Source of the DNA: Catajapyx aquilonaris
Taxonomy: Eukaryota
Direction of reading: 5' to 3'
Assembly: GCA_000934665.2 (NCBI GenBank)
Contig: KZ538015.1
Coordinates: 62,001-126,000 of the forward strand
Length of the DNA stretch: 64,000 bases
Under the pieces are notes generated by a model. That model did no database searches. It was not told the DNA's origin and saw only the letters and a program-made list of their open reading frames with translations. Shown piece after piece: positions 26,424 through 40,000 of this stretch; the first letter of the stretch is position 1; every line of letters begins with the position of its first letter. A program made the position numbers and the translations under genes.

Positions 26424-27270
26424 CAAATAGTGTCACAACCACAGCCTATCGCAGCTGACAGTTGACATTCGGTAGCCAATGGACGAATAGGGACGAATCG
26501 TAAACTCCAATTCTGGAACGTGTAAATTCTACCAATTCATTTGCACATTCACGTACGTTTGAATAGTGCGCCTGCGCCATTTCCCGATTGTTGTGTCTGC
26601 AACGCTGTTTGGAATTATTACAATCCGATTACAATTCAATGGGAATGAGCGTGAAGTTCAATGCATGTTCTGCACACCGTACAGTAGTACTGTACTGTGC
26701 GGAAAAGGAAACGAAGGTCTTGACGTCATTAGTGTGAAACAATATGAGTATTTATTATAACAGTGTCAACAAAAACAACATTGTTTACAGCTATTGTTGC
26801 ATGAGAACAAAATGATGGCGTCAGATCGTCGTTTCGTGGTTTTGCCGCACTGTATAACTTTATGTGCAGAACATGCCTTGAACTTGACGCCCATTCTCAT
26901 TGAATAATAAAATAATATTGTAAATTGCAGACACAACAATCGGGAAATGGCGCAGGCGCACTGTCAACGTACGTGAATGTGCAAAATACACTGGTCGAGT
27001 TTACACGTTCCAGCATTAGAATGAACGATTCGTCAATTGGCTACCAAATATCAACTGCGAGCTGTGATTGGCTGTGGTTATGACAACTATTTGCCGTGGA
27101 AAATGGCGCATGCGCACTGTCAACGTACGTGAATGTGCAAATGCATTTTGTGGAGTTCACACGTTCCAGCAATGGAATTTGCGATTCGTCCATTGGCTAC
27201 AAAATGCGCAAACTTTGAGCTGTGATTGGCTGTGGTTGTCACACTATTTGAACGTACGTGAATGTGCAAA
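26424..27270. mobile_element. Fold-back / long-TIR MITE-like element between the divergent IDH3B and CK1alpha genes
   Basis: A ~175-bp left arm (26424-26602) is the imperfect reverse complement of 26925-27093, e.g. TGCGCCTGCGCCATTTCCCGATTGTTGTGTCTGCAA / TTGCAGACACAACAATCGGGAAATGGCGCAGGCGCA. The right arm is tandemly duplicated at ~27098-27250. No TSD was identified. Confidence 0.7.
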
Positions 27271-28050
27271 CTGTACTGTTCACTGGAATGCACCAGCAAT
27301 TTGTACATAACAATGTGTGCTAGTCTCATTTGCATATTGTAATTATTGCAGAGACACGGTTAATTGGTTTGAACTACTCTATAGTTACGGTACGTTCCTG
27401 TACGCATGCGCCATGAGATATCCCCCTGTTGGCACCCCCTGTTCCCAACTACAGAAATCTAACGCGAACGTAGTCTAGTTCCAGTGAGGCCCCACCCCCA
27501 AATCCAATCCCAGAATCCATTTCGGCCGCTTTGTTCCTTTTACGTCACAACTCCCCCCACCTCACCCCCTTCCTCGCCCCCCCCTCCCTCCCTTGGTGTT
27601 CACACTGAGACGAGAGAGGAGACGAATCTTGTTCGAATCGAACGGTGTTTAGAACGGTGAACTGCAGACGGGGGAAAAGGAACGAAATGGTGGTCCGTCA
27701 CTCGTGATATATTCCTCTCCTTCCTTCCCTCCCCTTCGTTGCCCTCCTCGTCGTCGTCTTCCCCCTTTCGCGAGTCGTCGTCGTCAAAAGACCCCTTTCA
27801 AAATCCCGGCCCCAAGATTGTAGTGGGCCCGAAGAAGCGGAGACTGGAAAGGGGCGGGAGGGGCGGCGGTGTTGCTGCTCCGGGTGCCGCTGCTGGGCCT
27901 GGTGCTGCGGCTGCTCAAGGCGGGGGCCCCCAAGGTGAAGGAGGAGGAGGAGGAGGGCCGCCCCATCATCCGAAGGGGAAAGGTACAGCTGCAGTTGTAG
28001 CAGCAGAGGCGAGTGGTGTCGTTCCCTCGGGGGCCAAGAGGAGGAGGAAG

Positions 28051-31000
28051 ATGGCCAACGCCAGCTCGTCCTCCAGGTCGGAGTTCATCGTTGGAGGGAA
28101 GTACAGGCTCGTCAGGAAGATTGGCTCCGGATCCTTCGGGGACATTTACCTCGGGATCAACATCACCAACGGGGAGGTCAGTATCAGGTCACCATCCATG
28201 CCGCTCTTAAAACCTCCAGGCATGAGCACTGTGTGTACGTCTCAGTACTGACAGTCCCACCTTTGCACAATGTTGGCTGCAAACAGATGTTCCGCCAAAT
28301 AAGGCCGGTTTACACAATGTTTTTCTTGGCATTAGTTTGCCCCAGGCTACTTTTGCCAGATGTCTTTTAAACTGAAGAGTTTGCAGCACTTGATGGCAAC
28401 AAGTTGGGTCAAAATGTATCAGTTTTGTTAAGTGTCGTGCGCTACGTACTGGCATATAAGATGCACCCCAACTTTTGGGGATCATATTCAAGGGGGAAAG
28501 CGTCGCATATAAGACGCGGGTAAATATATGCCGTCAAATACGGTAATCGCTTCATGTAAATTTCATTTAAATCTTCTTTTTCCTCTTCGGTTATCTCTCC
28601 ATCTGTTTGCGTCTTCTGTAGCCCTATAAGTTGCTTTGGATTCGTCATAATGAACTTAACTTATATTTAGAGTGCAGGCAGTGTATGTTGCAACAAAGTA
28701 TCACGATTTCATGTCGACATGTCATGACAGGTTTCCAGTTCATGTGTGGAGTACAAGCCTGTAGCAGTTTTGCGCTACTAATAACAATTTAGCATGATTA
28801 TGCAGATAAATGTAATCTGAGACCAATGTTAATTAAAGGGGAGGCCAGATTCAGCGGTGAAGAGGTCTGCATAAACATGGATTTGTGGGCAATTTTCTTT
28901 ACATTTACAAAGGTCATTCAGGCTGAATTATTCATTTCTTAGCGGTACTTGGCCGTTTGAGCAAGGAAGTTGCGGTGATATGTGTAAGCAGATAGGTACA
29001 AATCAAGGGTTTATCAAGCAAGTTTTATCTACTGCCATGAAATGGCCAGTGTTTACTTTGTGTTACACAGTAGGAGTCACTGTTTCAACGTCAGACATTG
29101 CATTGTTCCATTAACATTTTCCCTAATCGACAAGTTTCCACATTTGAGTTTTTAGAGCACCCAAGTTTTTAGGACTCCATTACGTTTGATATGAAAAAAT
29201 TATCAGAAAAAAAAAAGCTTTGTTGAAGCAGTAGGGAGATAAATGTCTGTTATGGAGGAGGTCATTATCTTGCCTTTTTTTTTTTTGTCCCATTTACAGG
29301 TTAGGGTTTTTGTGATAGCAGACTCCGCCATTGCATGTTTATTGCGTATGTAACAATTTGAGCAAGGCGCACTTCATAGCTTTGAACACTGGAATGGGAT
29401 TCTGCAGCAGTAATAATATAATGCTTGGCGTAATTGCAAGTAGAATTTTGTGGAGTTGCTGCAAAACAAGACGTCTCAGAGTGTATGAGCAATCCAGGGT
29501 CATTGTCACCAGCTGTTCCTTTTTTTCTGCCTGTGCAGAAATTGGATTGTGGCAGGGTTAAGTGCTTGGAACACGATACCGCATGAAGCTGAAATCTGCA
29601 AACAATGCAAGTGATTGCCACAAATACCGAGAAATAGCTTCAGCATTTTCAGTAAAAATGCTCATTAGGGAGCGAGAAAAGTGTTTTAATGATTTGTGGT
29701 GCAATAACTTCCAGTTTTGTTGTGACTCATGCACCACATTTGAGGCGGTTAGTCACTGGGTTTTGGTCAGATTTAAAGGGGAAAGAATTATTAGTGGCCA
29801 CGCCACTGGCTGGTTTTTTTAAAGAAAGTAAACTGCGAGTGTTTGCTACTACACGTTTGGATACATGGCCTTGGGTCAGGTGATTGCTAAAAAGGAAGCC
29901 ACTCCGCATTGTGTATCATTTTAGTCAATATGCATTCCCACTGCTGCAAGTGCATGACCTTCACAGCAGCGTGGCTAGAAAGGGGCATGTAACAGGATGG
30001 CTGTTTTAGTTCCTGACAAAAACCCTTTATGTCTGAGAAGCAAAGTATGCAAGAGGATTTCCAGCAAATCCTATTCCAAAAATGGAATTTTAAAGTCATT
30101 TTGCTGGGAAGCGCACCAACCATCTTAATGAGCCTATCTAGCTATCAATATATTTATCTACTATCAGGGTTAATCTGTAGCACCAAAACTATTCCGCTTG
30201 TCGTGCTGTTGACATATTCTTTGTTATGTTGCACCACCATACGAAATAATAATATTTAACAACAGCTTGTTAAGCAGTGGCTGGGCGGGGGACCTGAAAA
30301 GCAGGCCTTGATCGTAACTGACCATTGAAAAACAAGTTTTGCAAGAGAAAGGCGATCTCTGCAATGTCAGTTGATGCACCGTATCAATTCATTGCAATTT
30401 GTATGGCATTGGAATTGTACCAAGGAAGTGATTTATATGATGAAATAATCATTGGAGCTGCAGGCGATGATGTGTCATTGGCAGGGGAAGATTTCGTGGA
30501 CTGTTATCATTTGTAATAGAAGGATCTGCTTTGTTTCAAAGTGTTTTTAGTGCACAAACTGCATATAAGAAAATATGGTGGATACAAATTCCACAGTGTG
30601 ATTGTGATTCTGCAGTCTGTAGCTGAGGGAAATTAAGTTTTCCGACATTTTATGGGAACCACGTATCTCATTTTTGTTCGTACCTCTCCGGGAAAATTGC
30701 ATCAGAAGTCAATGTTGTTACACTTCCCCGTCTTATCTGAAGTGCAAGTCTAGGGCTATAGGCAAGGGTTCATTTGATTTTACAATTAACCAGAGCTAAC
30801 CTGGTTGCTTGGTAAATGCTTTTATTTGTCGGGAAAGGGCAGGGATTTCTCCTTACCTGATCAGGGGGACTCTAGTTGAACCAATGCCAGTCGAGTCCCT
30901 TTTTCGGGGAAGAAAATAAAACCTTCTGTGGTCGATGGAGGGAGAGGAAGAAAAGACATCGTGAGAATGAGGCGTTTAGCTCGCTTTATTATGAACGATC

Positions 31001-34000
31001 GGGCGTCAAGCATATTTTTACTTTTCAAAAGGCTTACCCTTTGTAATAATTCAGTTGCTTGTGGGTTACGAAACTAAGGACCCTGACCAATGTAATATTT
31101 CTGATGTATTACAGTGCTGATAAGATTGCTTTAGAAGGTGCAAAATGTTGCAATATTACGTTTCCCTCTCTGGCAGTCCGATCAAGCAGTGATTAATTCT
31201 CACTGTTGTCGAGTTGAGCACGATTGACTGCTTCACTTACATGTGATTGATGAGAGCATGGAATTAGGGGCAGCAAAAATTAGCAACATATCAGGCAGGA
31301 GGTTTGTCATTGGCGAAATTGCCATTGGGGAAACAAGAACCGGATCTGAATTAAGCTGCTGCTGTTGGGTCTCGAACCTTCGCATGAAGTGATCTGTCAC
31401 CTGAAAGTTATTTTCATTCTCTGTGGGCAGCCGATTATAAATAGGAACCAGGAGATGATAAGTGAAGGCAGTTGTGAAATGCAGTGCAACGCACTAGCAA
31501 CGAGGGTTGCTGCTATTGTCTCCTTTTTTTTCTTGAAAACATCCATTTTTAAAAAATGCCAAGTTCAAAGCAGAGGTCAAGCTCAGCCTTGAATTCACAT
31601 TGACAGGAAATATCACAAGCTGGGAAATTCCATTGGCCTGTTGCATCATGTTCTTAGAATTATGCCCCTGCCACGGTAGCAAGTTAGACATGCTGCACTG
31701 ACGTACAAACATTTACACTGCACCTGGCAAAAAAAAAAAAAAATAGTTGGCACATGCGTGCAGATTAACTTTACAAAAACGATGAGAAGTGTAATGTAGC
31801 CTGGCTGCAATCCATGCAGGAAAAGGCATGTTATTGTGTATTTGCATAGCCATGATGGCTCCTAAATGTTGTCCTGCCATGTTTGACAATGGTACAATAT
31901 GAAGGTATTATTATTGTATATAACTCACGCTTGCATTGTTCAATATTAATTTCTCAGGACAAAGTCAACCTGACGTTATAATAAAGTTACACGTGCCCTT
32001 GTGTACGTGAAATTCCTTAAGCCATGTTTACTGAACTTGAGGTGTGCCTATGTACTTGGTGTGCCATTATGTAAGTTGATTTGGAATATGACTGACTTGG
32101 GTCACATGAGATCAGTGTTGCAATCATGGCTAAATCACGGCTTGACATGGCCTACTTGCAGTAGTTAGTTGCCACGTAAGGACATTTGCATTACATGAAG
32201 AACAAGTCGCAGGGAAGAGGCGATTTTTGTGTACTTGTGCACTTATCATTTTCTTAGAAATACCTAGCAGTTTTTTTTTGCATGTAAGGCCATGAATAAA
32301 TTTCTGTGGAAGCAGCATGAATAAGTGACGTTGTGGACGGCCACATTGCATCTCTGCAGGTCAATGTGGAGTAATATAATGCGTTCATTGCGTTGTTTCT
32401 GATTTTTAATGAGTCTGCTAGAACACGAGGCCACATGGCAGCGTATTTTGTCATAAATATTTAAATGGTTGAAGCATGAAATGGCTGGGGTGTTCTCAGT
32501 GGTGGTTCTGAATACTGCTTGCTAGCGAGAGGTGATTGGCTTACATGCTGTCATTTCCAAGTGCCCCCGTGATTAATTTTCACACTTTACAAACTGGGAA
32601 TAACCTGTACGGCTCGTTTTGTACTACGCAGTGCCAGCACTTACGATGACAAGCCTGTAATAGTGCTTGAAATAGGACTGGTGTGGGCGTGAAGGGTGCA
32701 AGTACATTTATAGTGCGTAATCAAACATCGCCCTGCAGGCAGATTCAATCAACATTTTGAGCAGTACTGTAACCCTGTACTGTGCCCTTTGTTGATCCTT
32801 TAATTGTGCTGCAGGTGCTTGCAAATAGCAGGCTCCATTTAATTCTCAGGTTGATTGTACTCTGTGGCTCGATGAAATGAGCTTTGATTGCCTGCCAAGC
32901 CCCTTGTTTAGGTGAAAAGCTTTTAGCTATTACATTTTGTGCTGATGGAAACCTTGAAACTAAAAACATTGTTTTGTTCTTTTTTTGCAGGAGGTGGCTG
33001 TGAAGTTGGAATCAACCAAAGCAAGACATCCTCAGCTCCTGTACGAGAGCAAGCTTTACAAAATCCTCGCAGGCGGTGTAGGAATCCCCCATATAAGGTA
33101 GGTGACCTGTTCGTTCGCAATTACCACGTACATTTCACACCCACTTAAATGGGAGCTCCGGCTTCTTTTAGGAGGAAGTATTGTCACTTCCACGTACAGG
33201 AAACGAACAAAACTTGCATGGGAGCCGGAGAGAGAGAGAGAGAGAGAGAGACATTGCGAATTGTGTAATGACAGTGGATTAGAAAGTGAACACAGTTTAG
33301 ATAACATCAAGCCATATTAGAGGAGAGAAATTATATATTTAGTCCGGTTGCTCATGTGCACTTTTCATTTTTTTTTTTAAATTATTAAGATGAATTGAAG
33401 CCAGTTCGAGTCGATTGCGGATTGAGGTTTTCATGAATATAACCCCCTCTCTGGCCTGTGGCTGTGGGATGAAGGGGGTTCAGTGCCATGCAGTTTACAG
33501 GAACCTGTTGGGATATCAGCTGGAACTAGTTGTGTCAAGTTTTTTATTTTTATGCGTGTGTAACAGGACAGGATGGGGGAGGTGGCGATCACTACCAGTA
33601 TGTGCAGACTTGTACTACCGGGAAGGAAAGAAAGAAAGAAAAATCATATCCAGAGATGGGAGTGTTGTTGTTGAATAATGTGGTGGGGGAGAGGGAGGGA
33701 GGCAGGGAGGGAGGGCTGGAAGGTCTTGATGGTATAAATAGATTAATGTCAGGGCTACTACCACACTGCCTCTCTTGGAAGAGTCTATTCCTGAAGCAAA
33801 AGGCTGTGACTTCCCGAGGGGGAAGGGAGACATTATGCAGGATCTACAGGATGGACACTAGGAATATTTAAACAAGGGGACGACACGTGTGTGGTACTAG
33901 GCAGAGAGAGATTTCACAACAGTGTCATTGTCTTCTTTTTTAAAATAAAAAGAAAGGGTTTCCTCTTTTTTTTGTCGTTGTTATCTTCTCTTGGCATGGG

Positions 34001-37000
34001 TCCAACATCGCAGGAAATGCAAAACTGCAGCTGATTTATTTCTGTGTGTTATTATTTGCTCAATCATATGGGTGCTCAAAAACACCCATGTTACACTGCA
34101 CAAGGAGTGAAGACACCAAACAAGGACGGGAAAATCGCAAACCCGCGTCTGTAGGCGTGATGAACCGGTTTTATGTCTCTCAAAAAGGACCAGCGATATA
34201 TTAAAAACCCGCAATCAACAGGACTATAGCACTGAATATACGGTAGTAGTAATTAGTAAAGAATAAATCTGAAGCCGGATTCGCATCGATCGAAACTTGG
34301 TGGAGATTACACGGTCCAGTGGCGCATGCGTATAGCCGGAGGTAGACCCCGATGTGAATTTCAAAGGGGGTGTAGTTGCACATGTGGCAGATATTTCGTC
34401 ATCATTTTTTGGCCGGCTGATGTCCGGTCTGGCAGTACCCTGGCCGTCATTAGTGCTGCACCAGACAACTGCTGCGATGGTAATGACCCGAACCGACATA
34501 TTTTCTGCCGCAACTGTTCGGTACCCCCCCTTCCCCCCCCCACCCCCCCCANNNNNNNNNNNNNNNNNCCCCCCCCCCAAAAAAAAAATCCGTTTAAAAT
34601 CCCGTGTGTATATCGTGAAATTATTTTGCTCTCTGCGCACCTGCCATTGTTGCCGTCACGAAACGGATCCGTTTTTTTCCCCCTGCTCTCCATGCCAATT
34701 TCCTGGCCGATTTTGCATCGTAATTTCATTACTCTATTGCACGATCCGGTGCAATATAATTGGGGAGGCCTCTTTTTTTTTCTTCTAAATAGTTGGAGGG
34801 GGAAATCCCACCATGGTCCAAAACCCTGGGAAAGTAACATGAGCAATGTTTCTCTTCCTGGAATCTGGGGATCGATTCGTAGGAAGTGGGTTAAAATACG
34901 TGTGTGTGTGTGTGGACTTCACCACCACCACCCAATCCTGCATTTTAAAAACTAGTAATGCCATCCCTCAGGTCAAGGGTCATGCTGTTACACTCCCAGT
35001 GTTGTAATCCCCCCACCTCTTTTGATCATACCTGAAGACATAGGGTGAGGAAGATACCTGGTTTGATTTTTTAATTTTTTTAAAAACAGGGGGTAGGTTG
35101 ATAGGGTGAGCTAGTTGGTACGAACCGGACCAAAAGGCAGGAGATGTGGGGGCGGGCGAAATAGAGAGAAGTGGGAAAGTGGGTCAGGTCGAGATGACGC
35201 AGTGCCGGAAGGGGGAGGGGAAGGGGGGGGGGGAAGGGAGTGGGGTTCNGAGTGAGGATTGTAGGATAGGTGAGGAGAGGGGGGTGGGAAAAAGAGGGGG
35301 GAAGGTTTCCACTGCTGTATTATGAACTGAGAATCTAATAAGGACCATTAGGAAGCCCAATGCATGAATAGGATCCTGGCAGGTGCTTCAAAAAAAAAAT
35401 AATACGAAAATGTTGAGGTTGGTGGTTGACAAGAGGTAGTCCACCTGGAATAACCCTTCATATGTTCAGTTCAATATACTCACTGTGGTATATGCATCTC
35501 TTTGTTTTTTTTTGTGAGAGAAAGCGATGTAATGTGGGTAAAAAGATACATGGCCTTTTTTTTCTCTCCCAAAAATGGGCTGGGCCCTTTAAAAGGCGAT
35601 TTGTTCCGCTGCAGTGACATTCAGAATTGGCACAGTATGAAGTGTGCACACACAGGGCTATTCTCAGAAGTGAAACCTCATTCTCACAACCCCTTCCTTC
35701 CCCAGCTCTGTGGAAACCTGGGAAAGTATGGCAAACCCCCCCATCAGTGGGGTGCAGGAACTATGGCCAAAATCAATTATCGTAAAAATTTGTTTGTAAA
35801 AAAAAAAGGGTAACATGCAGGGGCTCAAACATACACACACAAAAAGATCGCTATTGATGTCAGGATTTTATTGCAGGTAACTACTGTAGTTCTGTTGCAT
35901 CTTCGGCTCATGTTAGCTCCGCTTGTAATGGGCGAGTATTGGCACAAATGGGAATTAGTGTGTGAAATTGAGTAATTCCATATCGGTGAACATACTTTCT
36001 TGTGGTGAAATAAATGGAAAAGCTGCATGATTTTGGATGTGTTGCATCCAAGGACCCTCCTCTAGTAATTGCAGGTCAGAGCAATTTGTGCAAATTCAGT
36101 CGCACTGGGGGCTTGATGGCAATGGGTTGTGTAGTACTGCTCAGACGTCGTGTCGTATTTACTGTCAGAAACTCTGGATGCAGATTTTACCATTACGGAT
36201 ATTTTCCATGGTCCTAGTGGGAAGTGACAAATTGCGTGAATTTTGCGTAGTAGAAACCTGAAAAATTCCTGCAGAAAGGCGCGACTCTTCTCTAGGCAAG
36301 TGTGACTAAATTATTTTGAAAAATGCACACACGTTTTAAAAGTTACGGTCTGGTGGTAGCCTTGAGTCAGCGTTGGCAAACTTATCGGAGAGCCTGCAGA
36401 GGTACTTTAAAAGTATATTTTCTGCCCAGATAAATAGGGGTGCAATCAGGATGCACATTTGAACATGAGGGTTCCCTTCGGAGGTCACATTTCGGGCCTG
36501 CCCAAAAGTGCCAACAACAGTTGTGAAAGAGAGACAGGTGGGATAGAAAGTAGGGCATCTTGGTGTCAAAACACTCATAGTTGTAATATTCAGAGCGGCA
36601 CAAGAGGAGTGTATAGGGGCTTAACATGGGAAGGATAAAAGCAGTCTAGTTTTGTTTGACAGAAGTGGAGATTTGTGTATTAAATACGTTGCTGGGGAGG
36701 GTGTAGAGGGTGATCTGTATGTTGTTAAATCATAAATGCTACATGACTGACTTGATGGCAGTAAGCTGCTGAGGTGAAAGGAATCGGCGTTAAGCAACGT
36801 ACACCACATGCTGTAGGAAATGAAGTGAGATTAGGTCTCCGCAGTGACTTGTGGCACTAGCACATGTGAACAATACAATTGCAACTTACAAAATAGAGCT
36901 GGTTACGGTTGGCGAAACAAAACACTCTTGTAATGAGCAGACCTATTTAATGGAATTTATTGGTTGCTGTAAATTCCTGAATCACTTATTGCCGCGAGGA

Positions 37001-40000
37001 AAAGTTTTATTGCATTTTTAATCACTGGTATTGAGCACATGAGTAGTTTTTATTCTGCTACAATGTTACCCTCTGTTGGTGACTAATAGGACGTTCTTAT
37101 CGTGAGATGGGGGTTTCCTTTGGCTAACAGCGTGGGCCTTCCAGTGAATGAAAATCTTTGGCAAGAGAGACACAAGCATCTAGGAACAACTTGGCTTGCC
37201 ACCCAGTGTGAAAAAAATCATGTGGTGTAGGCGTCTTGGAACCCGTTCACATGACAGGGCAAGTGACATTGCAAACGCCACTCCACGCGAAATAAATGTT
37301 GGGGCCTTCCAAATTAACAACACTTTCCGATATAACCTAGTTGCAGCCATGCTCCTGTCCTGTGCAGATGCTTTGCCTACCACTTTTACAAAGGGCAGAT
37401 CTTTCTAGGCATTGACTTTCATAGTCAGGCACCACCTCTTTTGGTGAAGGGTGGGATTCCTCATGCTCCGGCTGGGGTTTGCCATCACCAAGGAAAATAT
37501 TTCCTTTCACTTTCTGTTGTGCGCGGTGTTTTGGAGAAAAGCGTTGCCCAGAGATATGATGCTTGCATTGCATGTGCAGCCTGCATTTGTTACACTTTCT
37601 AGGAGGCTTTATTGAAGCCGGTGGCATTGAAGTGTCAGGGAGTGACACTCTTGAATAAGTAGGTCTGGTGTGCTTAATACGTAGCCCTGACACAATGCAC
37701 TGATCGCTATTAATTGATGACCTTTCGTGGGCCCGAAGATGCTGGTTTTTTTAAAAAAGTGGGGGAGGTTAGAGGATTCCAAAACCTCGGGAACAATGGG
37801 TTATAACCCTTTTCCCCTGGTCACTTGTGATGGTTATGCAGGCAGGTGGAAAAAATTTCATCCTGCTGTGGTTATATCTGCCAAGGTTATTGACACCTCC
37901 CAACCGAAGAAGCCCCGTTTGATGCATCAGAAAGAAGGCTAACCTTTCTCATGCAAATTTGGGAAAATGGGAAGGAGGGGAGGCGAGATAGAGCCCTCTT
38001 TTTTGGCATGGGCTGTTGGCTAGGTGCCTGCGCTTAACGGATACTGTGTATTGACTCAGGAGTTTTCACAACCGTCCTTTTACTCTTTGTCCGGTGTATC
38101 TATTGCAGAAGATTTTTTTTTGGTGGCATTCATTGTCCTACGAGCTGACAATAAAATTTTAAATCTAATCAAGCATAAGAAACTGAGACATGAAATTAAA
38201 GATTTCCAAGTAATGTAACAATCGCTTTGCAAAATTGTAAATGTGGAGCAATATGGTAACTGTAACTGATTGCCCACCTGATGTGTTCCTTGCAGATGGT
38301 ACGGACAAGAGAGAGATTACAATGTGCTAGTGATGGATCTTCTGGGCCCCTCCCTGGAAGACCTGTTCAACTTTTGCTCTCGCCGTTTCACCATCAAGAC
38401 CGTCCTGATGCTCGCTGACCAGATGATTGGGCGGATCGAGTATGTGCACAACAAGAACTTCATCCACAGGGACATCAAGCCTGACAACTTCCTCATGGGC
38501 ATTGGGCGTCACTGCAACAAGGTGGGCCTAGCCACTCAATTTCACGCCGGTTTTTTAAATACCTTGCCGAGGGATGTGCCACACTTGCTTCCTCAAAACT
38601 TTGATGTGATGTGATGTTACCTCAGTTTTTGGATGTGCCAAAAGGTCTTCACAGTAATAATGTGATAGCTGAGTAGTAGTTACAACTCAGCAGAACATTA
38701 CCCCGACAGAAATAGTGTGGGCGATTTTTTTTAAAAATTGGGTCACCTCTTATGTAAGAGTTATTAAGAATGGGTTTTTGAAGGTTTGCAGCAATTCATC
38801 ATGCAATTTTATGCAAAATTTAACTGGGAGCGCAGTAATTGCAACAACCATGTACAGTAATTAGGTTTTAGTGCCATGTGATACTTTGGTGTCACAGGTG
38901 GCTGCCGTAAGTTACATACAGTACTTGCATCAGGTTGTGCAATGGGTTAGAAATGGGATCGGAGTAAGGTGGAGGTAGATGGGCATTGGGGTCATGTACC
39001 TGTTTGTGTACTACACTGGTGCAGTATTCCTGGGGCAAATGTGGGTTGCCAGGAAAAAAAAAGGGAGTAGGTGGCAGGGGGGAGAGAGATGAATCAAGGG
39101 CAGGTTCAGTGGCACAGGTGACCTTGAGCTCGCCCCCCACCAACCCCCATACCTCCTCCTAACATGAAATATGCCTCTTACACTGTAGGTCTAATCATTG
39201 TTTTTTCCTTCCATCCCCATTTCCCTTTTGCAGCTTTTCTTGATAGACTTTGGTCTTGCCAAGAAGTACAGGGACAACCGCACCCGCAACCACATACCAT
39301 ACCGTGAGGACAAGAACCTCACGGGCACTGCTCGCTACGCCTCCATCAATGCCCACCTGGGAATTGAGCAGAGGTGAGTGACAAGCAAAACGTAAAATGT
39401 GTGTGGGGTCTCAGGATCCTGCGTGGGACGGATCACATGATTTCGCAAAAGTGGCATGACCTGATCAATTTTGCAGAAATGTGTCTGCTTCCTGAAGGTC
39501 ACCTTAGCCTGTCCTGTGGCGGCTTTGTGTGATGGGTGACTAATGTTTGCTTTGGAATTGAGTATCATTTATTATGAATGTGGTAGTGAGCTGTAGTGAT
39601 CATCTTGAAGATTTATATTTTTTTTCCCTCCTACCCAAGCTGGTATAAAATATGTGTGTTCTGATGCTCATGCACTCAAGGATCGTACTTCATAAAATGC
39701 ATCTCGGACTTTGTGTTAACCGCATGAACAGCATAGCTTCATCAGAATGTAGCCGTAGGTTGTCATTTTTTACAGCGGAATTTTTATTTATAATGTGTGA
39801 ACTTACCAGGCACTCTTTCCCCTAATTGCAATGAAAATTTTGTAGCGTACATTTGTGATACTTGTGGCAAGGAATTGTTTACCTTTGCTGAACACATTGT
39901 AGTCGCATATTGGTTCCTTGAGTGCAACTGTGCAAGCCAATACAGTGGGGCATGCTACACAACCTTGCACTTTTATTGTAATTGACTCCACATAATTGAC

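Noticed and set aside
34224..34955. Overlapping ORFs of 138-209 aa in CK1alpha intron 2
   Set aside because: They span an N gap and a poly-C run and show no domain signal.
39797..39985. [10 protein letters not shown] zinc-finger-like peptide in a CK1alpha intron
   Set aside because: The C2H2 spacing is incomplete and there is no splice support.
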